This document shows, piece after piece, positions 24,495-35,771 of a stretch of 64,000 nt of DNA (its first letter is position 1; each line of letters starts with the position of its first letter). The notes beneath the pieces are model-generated. The model made no database searches, was not told the DNA's origin, and saw only the letters and a list, made by a program, of their open reading frames with translations. The position numbers were made by a program, and so were the translations under genes. Source of the stretch: Neophaeotheca triangularis (Eukaryota); assembly GCA_054600435.1 (NCBI GenBank), contig BAAIJX010000019.1:310001-374000 (forward strand). The letters are read 5' to 3'.

Positions 24495-25436
24495 TTGTTG
24501 CCTCCGCGTGCTTTTATCAACGCATGTCGAAGCTGTACCTCACGACGACGGAATTCACGCGTTTTGCATCTTGAGGAACGGTTCACTTCCTCAGCAATGA
24601 TCTGCTCTCCTCCCCTTTCATCTGCTCCGTTGCTCTCATTCATCCCCCTAGCCTTACCACGATACGATGGGCGTGATAGATACTCGCCGCATAACAGCGC
24701 CCTGTCCTAATATTCGAACACTAGGCAACCCCGCATTCCTTACAGACCAGCCAATCAATTAACCCCCGCTTTCAGGATCGCACGCTCGCCGCCTTGGGCC
24801 ATGAGATTCTGACTTCACCTCAACCGATCCCCTGGGGTACTTCTTTGACCACTGTCGCGAACATCAGCTGACAACTCTCGTACGGTGTCTCGAGAGCAAG
24901 ATCCACACCACATTCGCCGCAGCTCGTGTGCGAGAGGGTTGCGTGTGGCAAGTTTGGGTTTCTCAGCTGCGCCGGAACGGCCGCCTCGACGTGCACCGCA
25001 CTGCGGCATTTTGTAGGCTTGATGGAGACGGCGCCGAGAACTACGTCCACGGACAAGGGCTGGACGAAGAAAATCCCCATGTCGAGACACTAGCGCTGCA
25101 GTTGGGGCTACGAGCAAGACCTCCTCCCCCTAGGCTTTGTCCGGAGACTGTATAGACTTCTTTGTCGAAGTCGTCGACTTGCCCCAATGCGGGCTTTAAC
25201 ATCCCAAATGCGGCGATGGACAGGTCTATTGTACTTTTGTGAGGGAGTTCGGGGGTGGTTCACAAAGGTAGGTCGGGGCGGGAGTTGGGGAGTCGGGGTT
25301 TCTTGTCTTCTTGTTTCGTTGCTTTCTGCCACACGTATTATCGCGTTAGGGGCTTTGCCGTGGTATTCTTTTTCTTATCGCTGTTGCTATCATCGAGAAC
25401 GATTGAGATTGCTGCCTAGAGATTAACGATTGCGCG

Positions 25437-28400
25437 ATGGAATCGCATAACTCCAGGAGCCAGCCGGTTGCTGAGAAGCCCGAGTCGGACGAGTCGTCCA
25501 ATAGAGTGGGAGGCGAGTCTCAAACTCAGCTGAATACCAACACTGATGCCCCGGACGAGTCGCTGGGGCAGGGGAACGATGACTCCATGGCTCTGGCGAG
25601 CGCTGGGACGCCAGAACTGGAGGAGGCATCGGGTAAGCTCGATAACGACTCGCCGGCTCAGCAGACTACTACAGCAGGCGATTCCGACCAGCTCGAGAGT
25701 GGGCTTACACCTGAGTCCGTTAGCGATTTTGAGGACGACTCGGGTCGACCGAGGGAAGATTCCATGGCCAAGCCAGAGAAACCGCCAAACCAGCTGGAGG
25801 GCGAAGCCTCCGCTCATCCCTTCATTACGACGAGCGATGCAGATGCGGAAGTGGAGTTAGATCAACGGGAGGACAGGTCGACGGCTCCGCAAACTACTCC
25901 AACGAGCCGCTCGGACGCATCGCCGGACAAACCGAATGTCACCTCTACAACTCAGCGAACCACGCTCAAGCCAGGCAATGCGAACGCATCTTCGAACGAG
26001 CCAAAGAGAAAGAGAACGCCGCTCTTCAACGCGAAACCAAGATCGCGCAGCCCCCTACGCCACGCCGGCGACGAGAGCTCCCCTGTCGAGACTGACGTCA
26101 ACCCCGACAGGAGCGATTTGAGCGGCATTCTACCCTTGCGCGAGGAGGAAGAAACCAAGACAGATTCCGCCGAAGCTGCTGCTCAACAACCAGAAAGTCA
26201 AGGCAATTGGTCAGCCGCGGAGCCTTTCGAGAGACCTTCGTCGCGTGCTGGATTCCGAGATGGGGAGGAAAGGGATGTCGCGGCAAATGAGGACCGAGAG
26301 GTTGAAGCAAAGGATGCAGACCCTGCCGCAGAAACCGAAGGCGAAGCCCAAGAACGGGTCGCTGCAGAGGTGGCTCAGACATCAACAGCGCCTTCTCAGC
26401 GACCTAAAAGGCTGCTTGAGGTCAAAGACGACATTCTCGCTGATCAGTTGCAGAGGGAAGAGGCTGCTACCACGAGTCCTGATAGTCCTACTCCAGTTCT
26501 GCAGATCGAGCACGGAGAGCTCCATGGCTTCAAATACCGGCCAAAGAAGCCTTTGCGCACACGGACTTCTCTCCAGGACCAGGGCGCCAAAGAGAAAGCC
26601 AGAGAATCTCTCTGGAAGAGCCGCCTTCAATTAGCTGTCACGAATGCGACAAAATCGAACCCCGGACTAACTAGCAAGCTGCCTCCGGGTTTCAACTGGG
26701 CCTCCTTTAGACACGTGAACAAACTCCTCAAGGAGTACGTCGAGGAAGAAGAGTATCGATACAACTATTTCAAGATGGAGTTGAATCGCGCGAGAAAGCT
26801 CGCCGGGGAGCTCCAGACTGAGAATTCCGAGCTTCAGGGGAAATATTCCCAGGTGCGAGGAAAGTTGGACGAGCTGAGAGATGACTATGAGTTTCTCGAG
26901 GAGGACTTGGAGAAGGCCACCGAGGCCGCAGACTCGGTTTACAAGTCTGGCGCCGAAACCCGGCAACGGCTCGAGTCGGATCGGGAAATGTTCGAAGAGC
27001 AGACGGCCGCGCTCACCGAGGAACGCGACCGGTACATGCGGGAGCTTGAGGCTTGGAAGGGCGAAGCAGAGGCTCGAGCCAAAGGAAACCAGCGGATGAA
27101 GGCCGATTTCACCGAGCAAGTGGCCGAGCGCCAACGGGAGATTGAGGTGCAGAATGCTGCCATCGAGCGTTTCCAAGGGCTCACGGAGTGGCAGAAGACG
27201 AAACTCGCCGAGTGTGAGAAGGAACAGGCTACCACGCAAGCTCAGAAGGAGGACCTCGAGCAGAAGCTTGCTGCGAAGAAGTCTCCTGTCTCGGCTGGTG
27301 CTGATGTCAAGTCTGGTCAAGCTTGGGAGAAGCCTTTGACGGAGGCTGACGAGGGAAATCGACAGGGAGAGGCTGGCGACGTAGACCGTGAACCGGCACG
27401 TTGGATCATGCGGGATGCCGAAGAGCTTGTTGGATGGTTGCGAAAGCAGATCGCGGAGCTCTCGGCATCTTTGGACGGACAGATTGCGGAGAACGAGCAG
27501 CTCAGGGTGAGAATCTGCGATCTTGAGGGCAACACGAACGACGGGGAGAGCGATGCTGGCGAACAAGACCGCAAGCCTGGACGTTGGACCCTGAAGGATG
27601 CTGAAGATGCTGTTGAGTGGTCGCGGAAGGCGATGCAGGAGATGTCGGAAACCTTGAACGGACAATTCGCGGAAAATGAGCAGCTCAGAGCAGAGATCAA
27701 TAGGCTCGAGGCGATCAGAAAGGGCAAAGGCAAGATCAGGAACCCCAGATCGATTGAGATCTATCCCGGGGCGAAGATCCAACATGAACATCTCGTTCGA
27801 ACCATTCGCGAAAAGGACGACCAGATCAAAGAGATGACTGAGAAGAAAGACAAGCTCAGCGAAGACTATACCAGCACCATGGATGATAAGATTGAGTTGC
27901 GACGAAAAATCGAGCAGCTTGAAGCTACGTACGAAACCGACACCAAGAAAGCCACCGCAGAGAAGGATTCCCGCCAGCTTACCGTTGACGACCTTCGACA
28001 AACCAGTGGCAAATCCAACACCGGCAGGACCATGTCACATTCCACTATGGCGGTATCGCGTACCGAAGCGCTTCAACGTATGGCGGAGCTCTATGAGGAA
28101 AACCGTCAGTTAGCCGCGGAGCTTGATGAAATCGAGGACGAACTCGACAAGACCGCCAGAGACAGAGACGAAGCCCGGTTCCTCATGGACGAAATTCACG
28201 CTCAAAAGCTAGACTTGGAACAGCGAGACTTGCCCGCTGAGCTGAAGGCAGACAACGAGAAGCTCACCCGCGACAATGCCAGTCTGAAGATGCAGCTTTG
28301 GGAGACGCGGATTAAGAATGGTCCGCAGCACGAGGAACGGGAAGATGACTCTGCACGTTCCACGACTGCTGAGGCTTCCGTAGACGATCCGCGCGACCGT

Positions 28401-29471
28401 GAACTCGAGGAACTTCGGACAGAGGTTGCTCGCCACCGTAGACGAGACGACGAGCGAGCCACGGAAAACCTGGCTTTCACGAGACGGGTTGACGATCGCT
28501 ACGAGGCGCTGAAGCAGGAGTGGCAGACGTATTACATTAATCAGTCAGGCGAATGGCGTGTTAACCAAGCGCAGTTGGTCGCGCGCAACCGGGAGTTGGA
28601 CAATCGAATCACAGAATTGCAGCATCATCTTCACGCCAGAGTAGGGGAAGTGCAAAACCTTGGCCAGCGTGTGCAAGACCTTGTTGCTGAAGGACACAAC
28701 TTGAGAAGCCTACTTGCCACATCCGAGGCCTCTTTGCAAGCGATGTCGCCGGTGGAAAAATCCGATAACACGGCCCTTGCCACTGACACCACCCACGTCC
28801 AAGAGCTCAGAGCCGCCAACGAGCGCCTGAGGGGACAAGTCGCCGCTCTCGAGTCCGCAAAAACCAAAACACCACCATCAGCAGAACCAGCCGCCTCCGC
28901 CCCCGACACCAGCCGGCTCGAAAAGCTCGAAGCAGAACTTGAAGACGCCAACACGCTCATCGAGTCCCTCAACAACCAACTCAACGAAAAAGCCACCGCC
29001 CTCGAAGCCCTCACAACCGCGACGCCACCCGCAGCAGCCACCCCGGCAACCAGCACAGAACAGACCACAAACTTCGGCCCCAAAACCCCCCTCCCCAAAC
29101 CAACAAGCACCCAATCCGAACCCATCGACCTCGTCGGCACAGCCAGGATCCCTAACCACCGCAAAAAACGCCCCAAAACCACCAACACCGCCTCCACCCC
29201 CACCAGCTCCTCCGAAGAACCCCCCACACTCAAACCCCCCCTCCCCCCAACCGGCACGCGCGAGTCCATCCTCCCCGCCCACGCCGCTCTACCGCACCAC
29301 AACGTCGTCCCGAGAATCGACGTCGTCGGCATGTCGGCCGAGGCTTTCGAGGCTTGGAGCGAGGCTTGGGACGCTAGGCATTTGCGCAGGACGAGGTGGT
29401 TGGCGGAGAGGTTTGGGGCGGAGGTTGTGGTGGGTTTGAGGGCTGGGGAGGGGATGTGGGGGTTTGTTTAG
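25437..29471 (+). CDS. Large intronless coiled-coil protein (1344 aa), function unknown
   Basis: Long ATG-started ORF with an acidic disordered N-terminus, extensive heptad-rich E/K/L/R segments and a Pro/Thr-rich tail. Confidence 0.8.
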   Translation: MESHNSRSQPVAEKPESDESSNRVGGESQTQLNTNTDAPDESLGQGNDDSMALASAGTPELEEASGKLDNDSPAQQTTTAGDSDQLESGLTPESVSDFEDDSGRPREDSMAKPEKPPNQLEGEASAHPFITTSDADAEVELDQREDRSTAPQTTPTSRSDASPDKPNVTSTTQRTTLKPGNANASSNEPKRKRTPLFNAKPRSRSPLRHAGDESSPVETDVNPDRSDLSGILPLREEEETKTDSAEAAAQQPESQGNWSAAEPFERPSSRAGFRDGEERDVAANEDREVEAKDADPAAETEGEAQERVAAEVAQTSTAPSQRPKRLLEVKDDILADQLQREEAATTSPDSPTPVLQIEHGELHGFKYRPKKPLRTRTSLQDQGAKEKARESLWKSRLQLAVTNATKSNPGLTSKLPPGFNWASFRHVNKLLKEYVEEEEYRYNYFKMELNRARKLAGELQTENSELQGKYSQVRGKLDELRDDYEFLEEDLEKATEAADSVYKSGAETRQRLESDREMFEEQTAALTEERDRYMRELEAWKGEAEARAKGNQRMKADFTEQVAERQREIEVQNAAIERFQGLTEWQKTKLAECEKEQATTQAQKEDLEQKLAAKKSPVSAGADVKSGQAWEKPLTEADEGNRQGEAGDVDREPARWIMRDAEELVGWLRKQIAELSASLDGQIAENEQLRVRICDLEGNTNDGESDAGEQDRKPGRWTLKDAEDAVEWSRKAMQEMSETLNGQFAENEQLRAEINRLEAIRKGKGKIRNPRSIEIYPGAKIQHEHLVRTIREKDDQIKEMTEKKDKLSEDYTSTMDDKIELRRKIEQLEATYETDTKKATAEKDSRQLTVDDLRQTSGKSNTGRTMSHSTMAVSRTEALQRMAELYEENRQLAAELDEIEDELDKTARDRDEARFLMDEIHAQKLDLEQRDLPAELKADNEKLTRDNASLKMQLWETRIKNGPQHEEREDDSARSTTAEASVDDPRDRELEELRTEVARHRRRDDERATENLAFTRRVDDRYEALKQEWQTYYINQSGEWRVNQAQLVARNRELDNRITELQHHLHARVGEVQNLGQRVQDLVAEGHNLRSLLATSEASLQAMSPVEKSDNTALATDTTHVQELRAANERLRGQVAALESAKTKTPPSAEPAASAPDTSRLEKLEAELEDANTLIESLNNQLNEKATALEALTTATPPAAATPATSTEQTTNFGPKTPLPKPTSTQSEPIDLVGTARIPNHRKKRPKTTNTASTPTSSSEEPPTLKPPLPPTGTRESILPAHAALPHHNVVPRIDVVGMSAEAFEAWSEAWDARHLRRTRWLAERFGAEVVVGLRAGEGMWGFV

Positions 29472-31142
29472 GGGGTGGGGGAGGTTGGGGGATGGGATTA
29501 GATGGGGGATGGGGGTTGGGGATTGGGAGTTGGGGATGGGATTCGAGGCGTTGTGGGGGAGGGTGCATGAGGGGAGGGGGGTGGGTTGTGTTGTCTTTTT
29601 TTTTTTTTCTGGAAGTTTTTCGTTTGGTTTGGGTTTGGGTTTGGGTTATGGTTGATCTTTGTTGTTGTCGATCTTTTGTGCTTATGTTTCAGGGATCAGA
29701 AGGCTGGAGTTTGGCTGGAGTCAGGTTTCTATTTTATTATCTCGTCGGTCATATATTCTTGGAATCTACGCTCTCGGCTATTGAATGGTATGTTGCTTCA
29801 TCACTTCTTCAATCATAACCTTATCGGACGTTACACAATCCCTCTCAGTATAGGTACATCTCTATGCCTAAGGCTCTGTTCAGTCAGTGTACTTGGCCCA
29901 GAACAGCGACGTCGCTAGATAGTAGTGAAAGTGCTTTGGCAACCGTCACGACGGGCACGGAATCTTGCTTAGAGATGAGGTGGGTAGTCGTCGAGCGAGC
30001 TGTAAGGGGTACTGGTTTACGTGCCCTTACCAACACGGGACCGAAAATTTTCACCTAGTACCTGAAGTTGCTGAAGTGAAGTTCCTAGCACCACCTCACT
30101 TTGCGATGACATGAACTCAACATGGAGGCCATGCAGGGCGCGTCGATCATTTGCCCGAGCTACCTCCTGGCAAGCCGATAGGACAGGGTAGGGGCGATAT
30201 CGGCCCGAAGGCATAACAGTACCCCGCCAACAACACCTACCTAGCACTCTTATAATTACCTACTGTAAGCTCGGTGAGAGAAGGGCGATCTGGGTAGACC
30301 CGATCTCGGCTGAACGGAATCTCATGGACACATCAGCTACCTCAGCTGGGTAACCTTGGAAGGTAGGTACCTTGTTATGTACTGTACGTATCGATACTGC
30401 TGTTGCCGTATTGGGACGCACCATTCGCCGTCTCAAACCCCAAAGGTAGAGAGTGACGAGGCAGAGAAAGTACTAGTGAAAGGCGAAGAATGAAAAATTC
30501 TCAAGAAAAGTCACGTTGCTAGTTAAAGCGAGCCTACCGGTCGCCCGCGCGTCTTGCCGCAGTAGCAGCGCACCCTCAGGCACGAGCATCTCTTGAATGG
30601 CTGGGCATCCCCTCCAATATTAGTACGAGCATCTAGTGGTAGTAATCGCAGTATCAAACCCATTCACACTCGGCCCATCCTCCGAGTGAGTTTACTTGTA
30701 CGATACTACTACTACTACTCTTCCTCTACATACTTCTACTGTATACTCCTCTACATACTACTGACACCGCCTACTACGCAACATACATTCAATCCTCCCT
30801 CTCCCTCTCTCCCTCTCTCTCTCCAACTACTGCTCCACACTTTATTGTCGTGCCATCTCCTTCGCTAGAGGAAAAAGTCAAGTCTCGAGTCAGCATCATC
30901 GTGAACGAAAGCCAGCGTTGCCCCACCATCTACCTCCAACCACGGACGGGATTGCACCTCCAGCATATCACAACTACACTACTGGACCTCTCGCCCTTAT
31001 CCCACACCGCTCACCTACCCTTGCATACAGCACCGCCATCGAATACACCCCCCCGCTCCCTCAATCCCCATCGCGCCTTGGCCAAACCTGCCGTACGCGC
31101 AAGTCTCGTCCCACCTGACTCAGGCCGGTCAGCAAAGTGGCC

Positions 31143-33416
31143 ATGGCCTCACCAATGGAAAACCCCGACATGGAGCAGCAGGGTGTACGCTTCTCTTCGC
31201 ATAATCAGGAAATAGAGCCCGAAGAGAGTTTGCGAACCGTCGAAACACTCACAGGCAAGGACAAGGAGAAGAGTCAAAAAAGAAAAGATTTGAACCCAGA
31301 GGCTGAACAGGAACTCCAGCAGCTGAAGACTACACTTAAGAATAACATTCAGTCATCGCGGATGCAACATCATGCTTTCGAGCCCATCTCCTTGCCATCT
31401 TCCCGCCCAGGTTCGCAGCCGATATCCAGAGTCGCGTCTGGAACAAACACCCCCAGCAGAAGACACCTGCCAGCTGGCTCTGCAGGCCCTTCACCAAAAC
31501 CCTCCCCCCCCGCTTCTACCGTCCATTCGCCGCCCCTCACTCCAGCAGCTACGCACTCTAGAGATGGAAAAACCGCGATCGCGCATGCTCAACAGGTCAA
31601 GCCTCCGGCGCCGGATGTCATGACACCTCAACGGTCACAGTCACCTCTGAGGGAGGACAATCGATCAATACCGAACAGGCCAGCTCCGACATCGGCTCCG
31701 TCTGATCCCAATGCCGCAGTATCGACTTTACCCAAGCAAGGACCCAAGTTTTCCATTGGGTCGACTGGTGAGTCTCAGCCTGGCTCGCAAGAAGTGAGTC
31801 CTGATGCCACGCCGTCGAGTACCGCTCCTGGCTCTCCCGCTGTCAAGCCCGCTACACCCTCCTCCGAACGAGACGATCCGTATGCGAGGAGTAAGAGGCA
31901 ACCACCCACAAGAAATGTGGACTCGATAGACGCGCGATTCAGATTTGGTAGCAGGGACCCAAAGCAGGGCTATTCGTCTTCAGGTACATCGGCCGTCTCT
32001 CTACCTCCACTAGGCGGGCTGCCGGGAAGTGCGCGAGGTAGCAGTACGAATCTAGCCGGTCAGGGTCATGAGGAGAAGAAGGGAGGCTTCTTCAGCAGCA
32101 AGAAGCACGATGACTCGTCTACGACACTGCACGAAAAACACCACTCCAGCTCCAAATCCAACCTAAAGCGATTCTTCAAGTTTGGTGACCACAAGAGCAA
32201 GGACAAGGACAAGGAGAAGCACAAGCACGAGTCAGGCGACGGGTCTCGGACACCACCCAACGGCGCAGCGCAGCCTAGCGTGCCCTTTGCCGACGATCAT
32301 GGTCTGGCGACCAAATACGGCAAGTTTGGGAAAATGCTGGGATCCGGCGCAGGAGGCTCTGTCCGTTTGATGAAGCGGACAGGAGATGGTACGACTTTCG
32401 CAGTCAAGCAGTTCCGTGACAAACACAGCTATGAGAGCGAACGCGAGTACAACAAGAAAGTCACGGCCGAGTTTTGCATTGGCTCGACTCTCCACCACGG
32501 CAACATAATCGAAACCATTGACATTGTGCACGAAAAGGGTAAATGGTACGAAGTCATGGAGTACGCGCCTTACGACCTCTTCGCGACTGTCATGACCGGA
32601 AAGATGTCGCGGGATGAAGTTACGTGCAGTACTCTGCAGATTCTATCCGGCGTGCTCTACCTTCACTCCATGGGTCTGGCGCATCGGGATTTGAAACTAG
32701 ACAACGTCGTCATCAACGAACACGGCATCATGAAATTGATCGATTTCGGTAGCGCCGTCGTCTTCCGCTATCCATTCGAAAACGACATTGTGCTCGCGAG
32801 TGGTAAGTCCAACTTCCCCTTCCCACCCTCACCTTCATCCCACCCCATCAACTTGCTAACCACTGCATCTCCAACAGGCGTCGTAGGTTCCGATCCCTAC
32901 CTAGCCCCCGAAGTCTACGACAACTCCCGCTACGATCCCCGCCCGGCCGACATCTGGTCCATCGCCATCATCTTCTGCTGCATGACGCTCCGTCGCTTCC
33001 CATGGAAAGCCCCCCGACTCTCTGACAACTCCTACCGCCTCTTCGTCTCGCCTCCCGATCCAGACCAAGAGCGCCTTCTCGCCGAACATCAGCACCAACG
33101 CAAAAGTCTGGCAGCTGATGGTTCCCACTCTTCGCAACAACAAAACTCCAGTGGTGGTGGTGGTGGTGGTGGAGGTGGAGGTGAGGCCCCAACGATCAAA
33201 GGCCCTCTCCGCCTTTTGAGGCTGCTTCCCCGCGAGAGCAGGAGTATTATCGGCAGGATGTTGGATTTGGACCCTCGGAGAAGGGCGACCATGGAGGAGA
33301 TTTTGGCGGATCCGTGGGTGCAGAATGCGTTGGTCTGTAAGCAGGAAGAAGGTGGCGTTGTGGAGAGGGCGCCGGGGCACGATCATGTTTTGCAGCCTAG
33401 CAGTGGAGGGAAGTAG
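31143..33416 (+). CDS. Ser/Thr protein kinase, HAL4/SAT4 (NPR/HAL) family
   Basis: Motifs GSGAGGSV, FAVKQF, KKVTAEFCIGSTLHHGNII, HRDLKLDN, DFG and GSDPYLAPE. Intron 32803-32877 (GTAAGT..CTAAC..CAG, 75 nt). Confidence 0.93.
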   Translation: MASPMENPDMEQQGVRFSSHNQEIEPEESLRTVETLTGKDKEKSQKRKDLNPEAEQELQQLKTTLKNNIQSSRMQHHAFEPISLPSSRPGSQPISRVASGTNTPSRRHLPAGSAGPSPKPSPPASTVHSPPLTPAATHSRDGKTAIAHAQQVKPPAPDVMTPQRSQSPLREDNRSIPNRPAPTSAPSDPNAAVSTLPKQGPKFSIGSTGESQPGSQEVSPDATPSSTAPGSPAVKPATPSSERDDPYARSKRQPPTRNVDSIDARFRFGSRDPKQGYSSSGTSAVSLPPLGGLPGSARGSSTNLAGQGHEEKKGGFFSSKKHDDSSTTLHEKHHSSSKSNLKRFFKFGDHKSKDKDKEKHKHESGDGSRTPPNGAAQPSVPFADDHGLATKYGKFGKMLGSGAGGSVRLMKRTGDGTTFAVKQFRDKHSYESEREYNKKVTAEFCIGSTLHHGNIIETIDIVHEKGKWYEVMEYAPYDLFATVMTGKMSRDEVTCSTLQILSGVLYLHSMGLAHRDLKLDNVVINEHGIMKLIDFGSAVVFRYPFENDIVLASGKSNFPFPPSPSSHPINLLTTASPTGVVGSDPYLAPEVYDNSRYDPRPADIWSIAIIFCCMTLRRFPWKAPRLSDNSYRLFVSPPDPDQERLLAEHQHQRKSLAADGSHSSQQQNSSGGGGGGGGGGEAPTIKGPLRLLRLLPRESRSIIGRMLDLDPRRRATMEEILADPWVQNALVCKQEEGGVVERAPGHDHVLQPSSGGK

Positions 33417-34230
33417 GGGGGTTAATATCAGTAGGGCGAAGAACTGTTTCCAAGCTAGTTGTTTTAAAAGATTGGCACGGAGAACTAAATCCCTCACAAG
33501 GACTGACTACGCGGGTGACGGAGGAGGTGGGGGAGAAGAGGTGGAAAAAAAGATTTCTATACACAAGCCACGGCGATGCATTGCAAAAGATGCATCTCGA
33601 GTTCTGTTCTACTCTTCACTCATCGGGCGTTTCTTCAATTGATATCGAGGGGTTGGGTGGGTGGGTGGGTGGGTGGGTGGGGCTTTCCACGATGTTTACG
33701 CCTGAGCGGAGCTCGCGGGAAAATCAAAGGCTGCGAAAGACAGAATGAACGGTCTTGTTGGCGGTTTTTTTTCTTTTTCTTCTTCTTTTTTTCTTCTTTC
33801 CTTTGAGTCGAGCGTGTGGGTTCGGGGGTTATGGGTCGTGGGTCGTGGGTCGTGGGGGTGTAGATGGATTGCTGGTGTGATTTTATATGATATGATGTGA
33901 CGTGGCAAGACAAGACAAGACAAGACACTACAACGGTCAAGGATGGGATTAGAGTGGTGGCGGTGGTGGGGTGTGTGGCTTGTCATTTTGATCCTTCGCT
34001 CGATGGGGGCTTTGCCGATTGCTGGAGAGAGAGAGAGAGAGTTGTATGTTGCTGTTTTGGGAGTATGGGTTTTGAATCGGGGGGCGTCGTGGAGAGATTG
34101 GGATTTCTTGTAAACAAAAAGGCGGGAGGGGGAGGGGGAGGGGTTTTTTTTTGCTGGTGAGGGAGGTGGGATGGAGTGGGTGGATAGGGGTGGTTGTGTT
34201 TTTGTCTGCTGTTTTGCGTACGTGCTGTTG

Positions 34231-34270
34231 CTACTATTGTTATCACTCTTACTACTACTACTACTATTAT

Positions 34271-34308
<38 letters not shown>

Positions 34309-34363
34309 TTACTACTACTACTATTACTACTATTACTACTCTTACTACTCTTACTACTACTAT
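34231..34363. repeat. Long imperfect (TAC/TAT)n trinucleotide microsatellite
   Basis: Read directly. It produces the spurious poly-Y, poly-L, poly-T and poly-S ORFs in the track. Confidence 0.95.
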
Positions 34364-35771
34364 GGCAAGAATATAATAATACCCCTCCGTCCGTCTGTCT
34401 TTCTCTCCCTCCTCTCTCGGCCAGGTCTGTTTCTTGCACCCCTATCCCTTACTTACCTACTTACCTACTTACTAGGGACCTGTCGTTATCTCTCTCTACT
34501 TTATAGGAGCACGCCACCTTCTTCTACTTAAGAGAGACTGTTCGATAACACGCGGGAGATAAGTCTCCTAGAAGCTAATACGGCGTTGGCGTTTCACATC
34601 GAGCTACCTTACCCCACGCTACCGACGCCGGGGTACATCATATAGTTAGTAGTAAGGTACTTTGCTATCGTCCTATCATTGATTGACCGACTACATACCT
34701 TCTTCGCTCTCCCTACTATCCATTCATGACGAGTGAAGATAATCGTCCGTCGAAACTGTGTCGTTGATCGATCACTTCTCTAAATAACGTTACAGCGTAG
34801 ACGCTTATCTAACGAGGTACCTACGTGTCGAGCTTGTCTGACGAGTGGTAGGGATGTGATGTGAACCCCTCCTCTACTGTAGGTACTTTGGAGATAAGCG
34901 AGCGTTGGAGGTCGTGTCTACGTGTGTCGGGATCGACCGGTAAAGAGGAGAGAGCGCGCCAATCGAAAATTCATCGCGGCTAAGAAATGCTGTTATTTGC
35001 TGATTAAGGTAATTGTGTTATATCCTTTCTGTTTGCGCAATTAATGATGATTAATGGAGCTTTCTTCTCGACCGCGAAAGGGGAGGAAAACTTTGTTAAC
35101 ATTTTCTTCCTTCTCGTCGGTCGTCAGTAGTTTAAGGGGGTAGATGATATGAGAGACGGGCTTCCCTTGACTTCTCTATCTCGCGCAGCTGCAGTTGTAA
35201 CTTGTAAGATAGGTAGGTAGGTACCTGCTAGTCACACTGCATGTGCATCACACGATAAGAGAGGGAGCTTTTCTTCCAACATCCTATCACTTCACCTCTC
35301 TTGTAGGCTGTACCCTCTACAAGTAGCAAGCTCTCGGCCTTGTTCTTCTCTAGACCAGTCGTTGTCTATCGTCGACGATGATTGCTAACCGATTACTGCT
35401 ATTATCAAACGGTGTATGTACATGACTATATGTATCTATGTTGTTTGGTAGCTTCTAGGGACGATCCGGAAAGCCTCCCACTACCTCCTACCGGTACTTG
35501 AACATCCTAACAAGTCTGACGATTCATGTCATGACCGTGGACGTGGACTTTTCACTACTAGCTGATCCTTCGTGACCGCATCGAATCAACTCATCAGTAA
35601 CCTCTCCTACCTTGCCTTACCCGCTCTTTGTTCACGACTTGCAGACTCTTCACTTGATGCTAGTCGAGCTTGGATTTTCTCTTCACATCGCCTCCATACC
35701 TTCCTTGCAATACTAAACGTCGAGATTTCATCCTTCCTATCAACAAGCTTGGTAATGTTGGAGCACGCGGC

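Noticed and set aside
26667..28001. 444-aa - strand ORF and similar long antisense ORFs (310-921, 6728-7552, 50575-51483)
   Set aside because: Antisense shadows of well-supported genes, caused by codon bias.
33696..34531. Poly-S, poly-Y, poly-L and poly-T ORFs
   Set aside because: Translations of the (TAC)n microsatellite and low-complexity 3' flank; no coding features.
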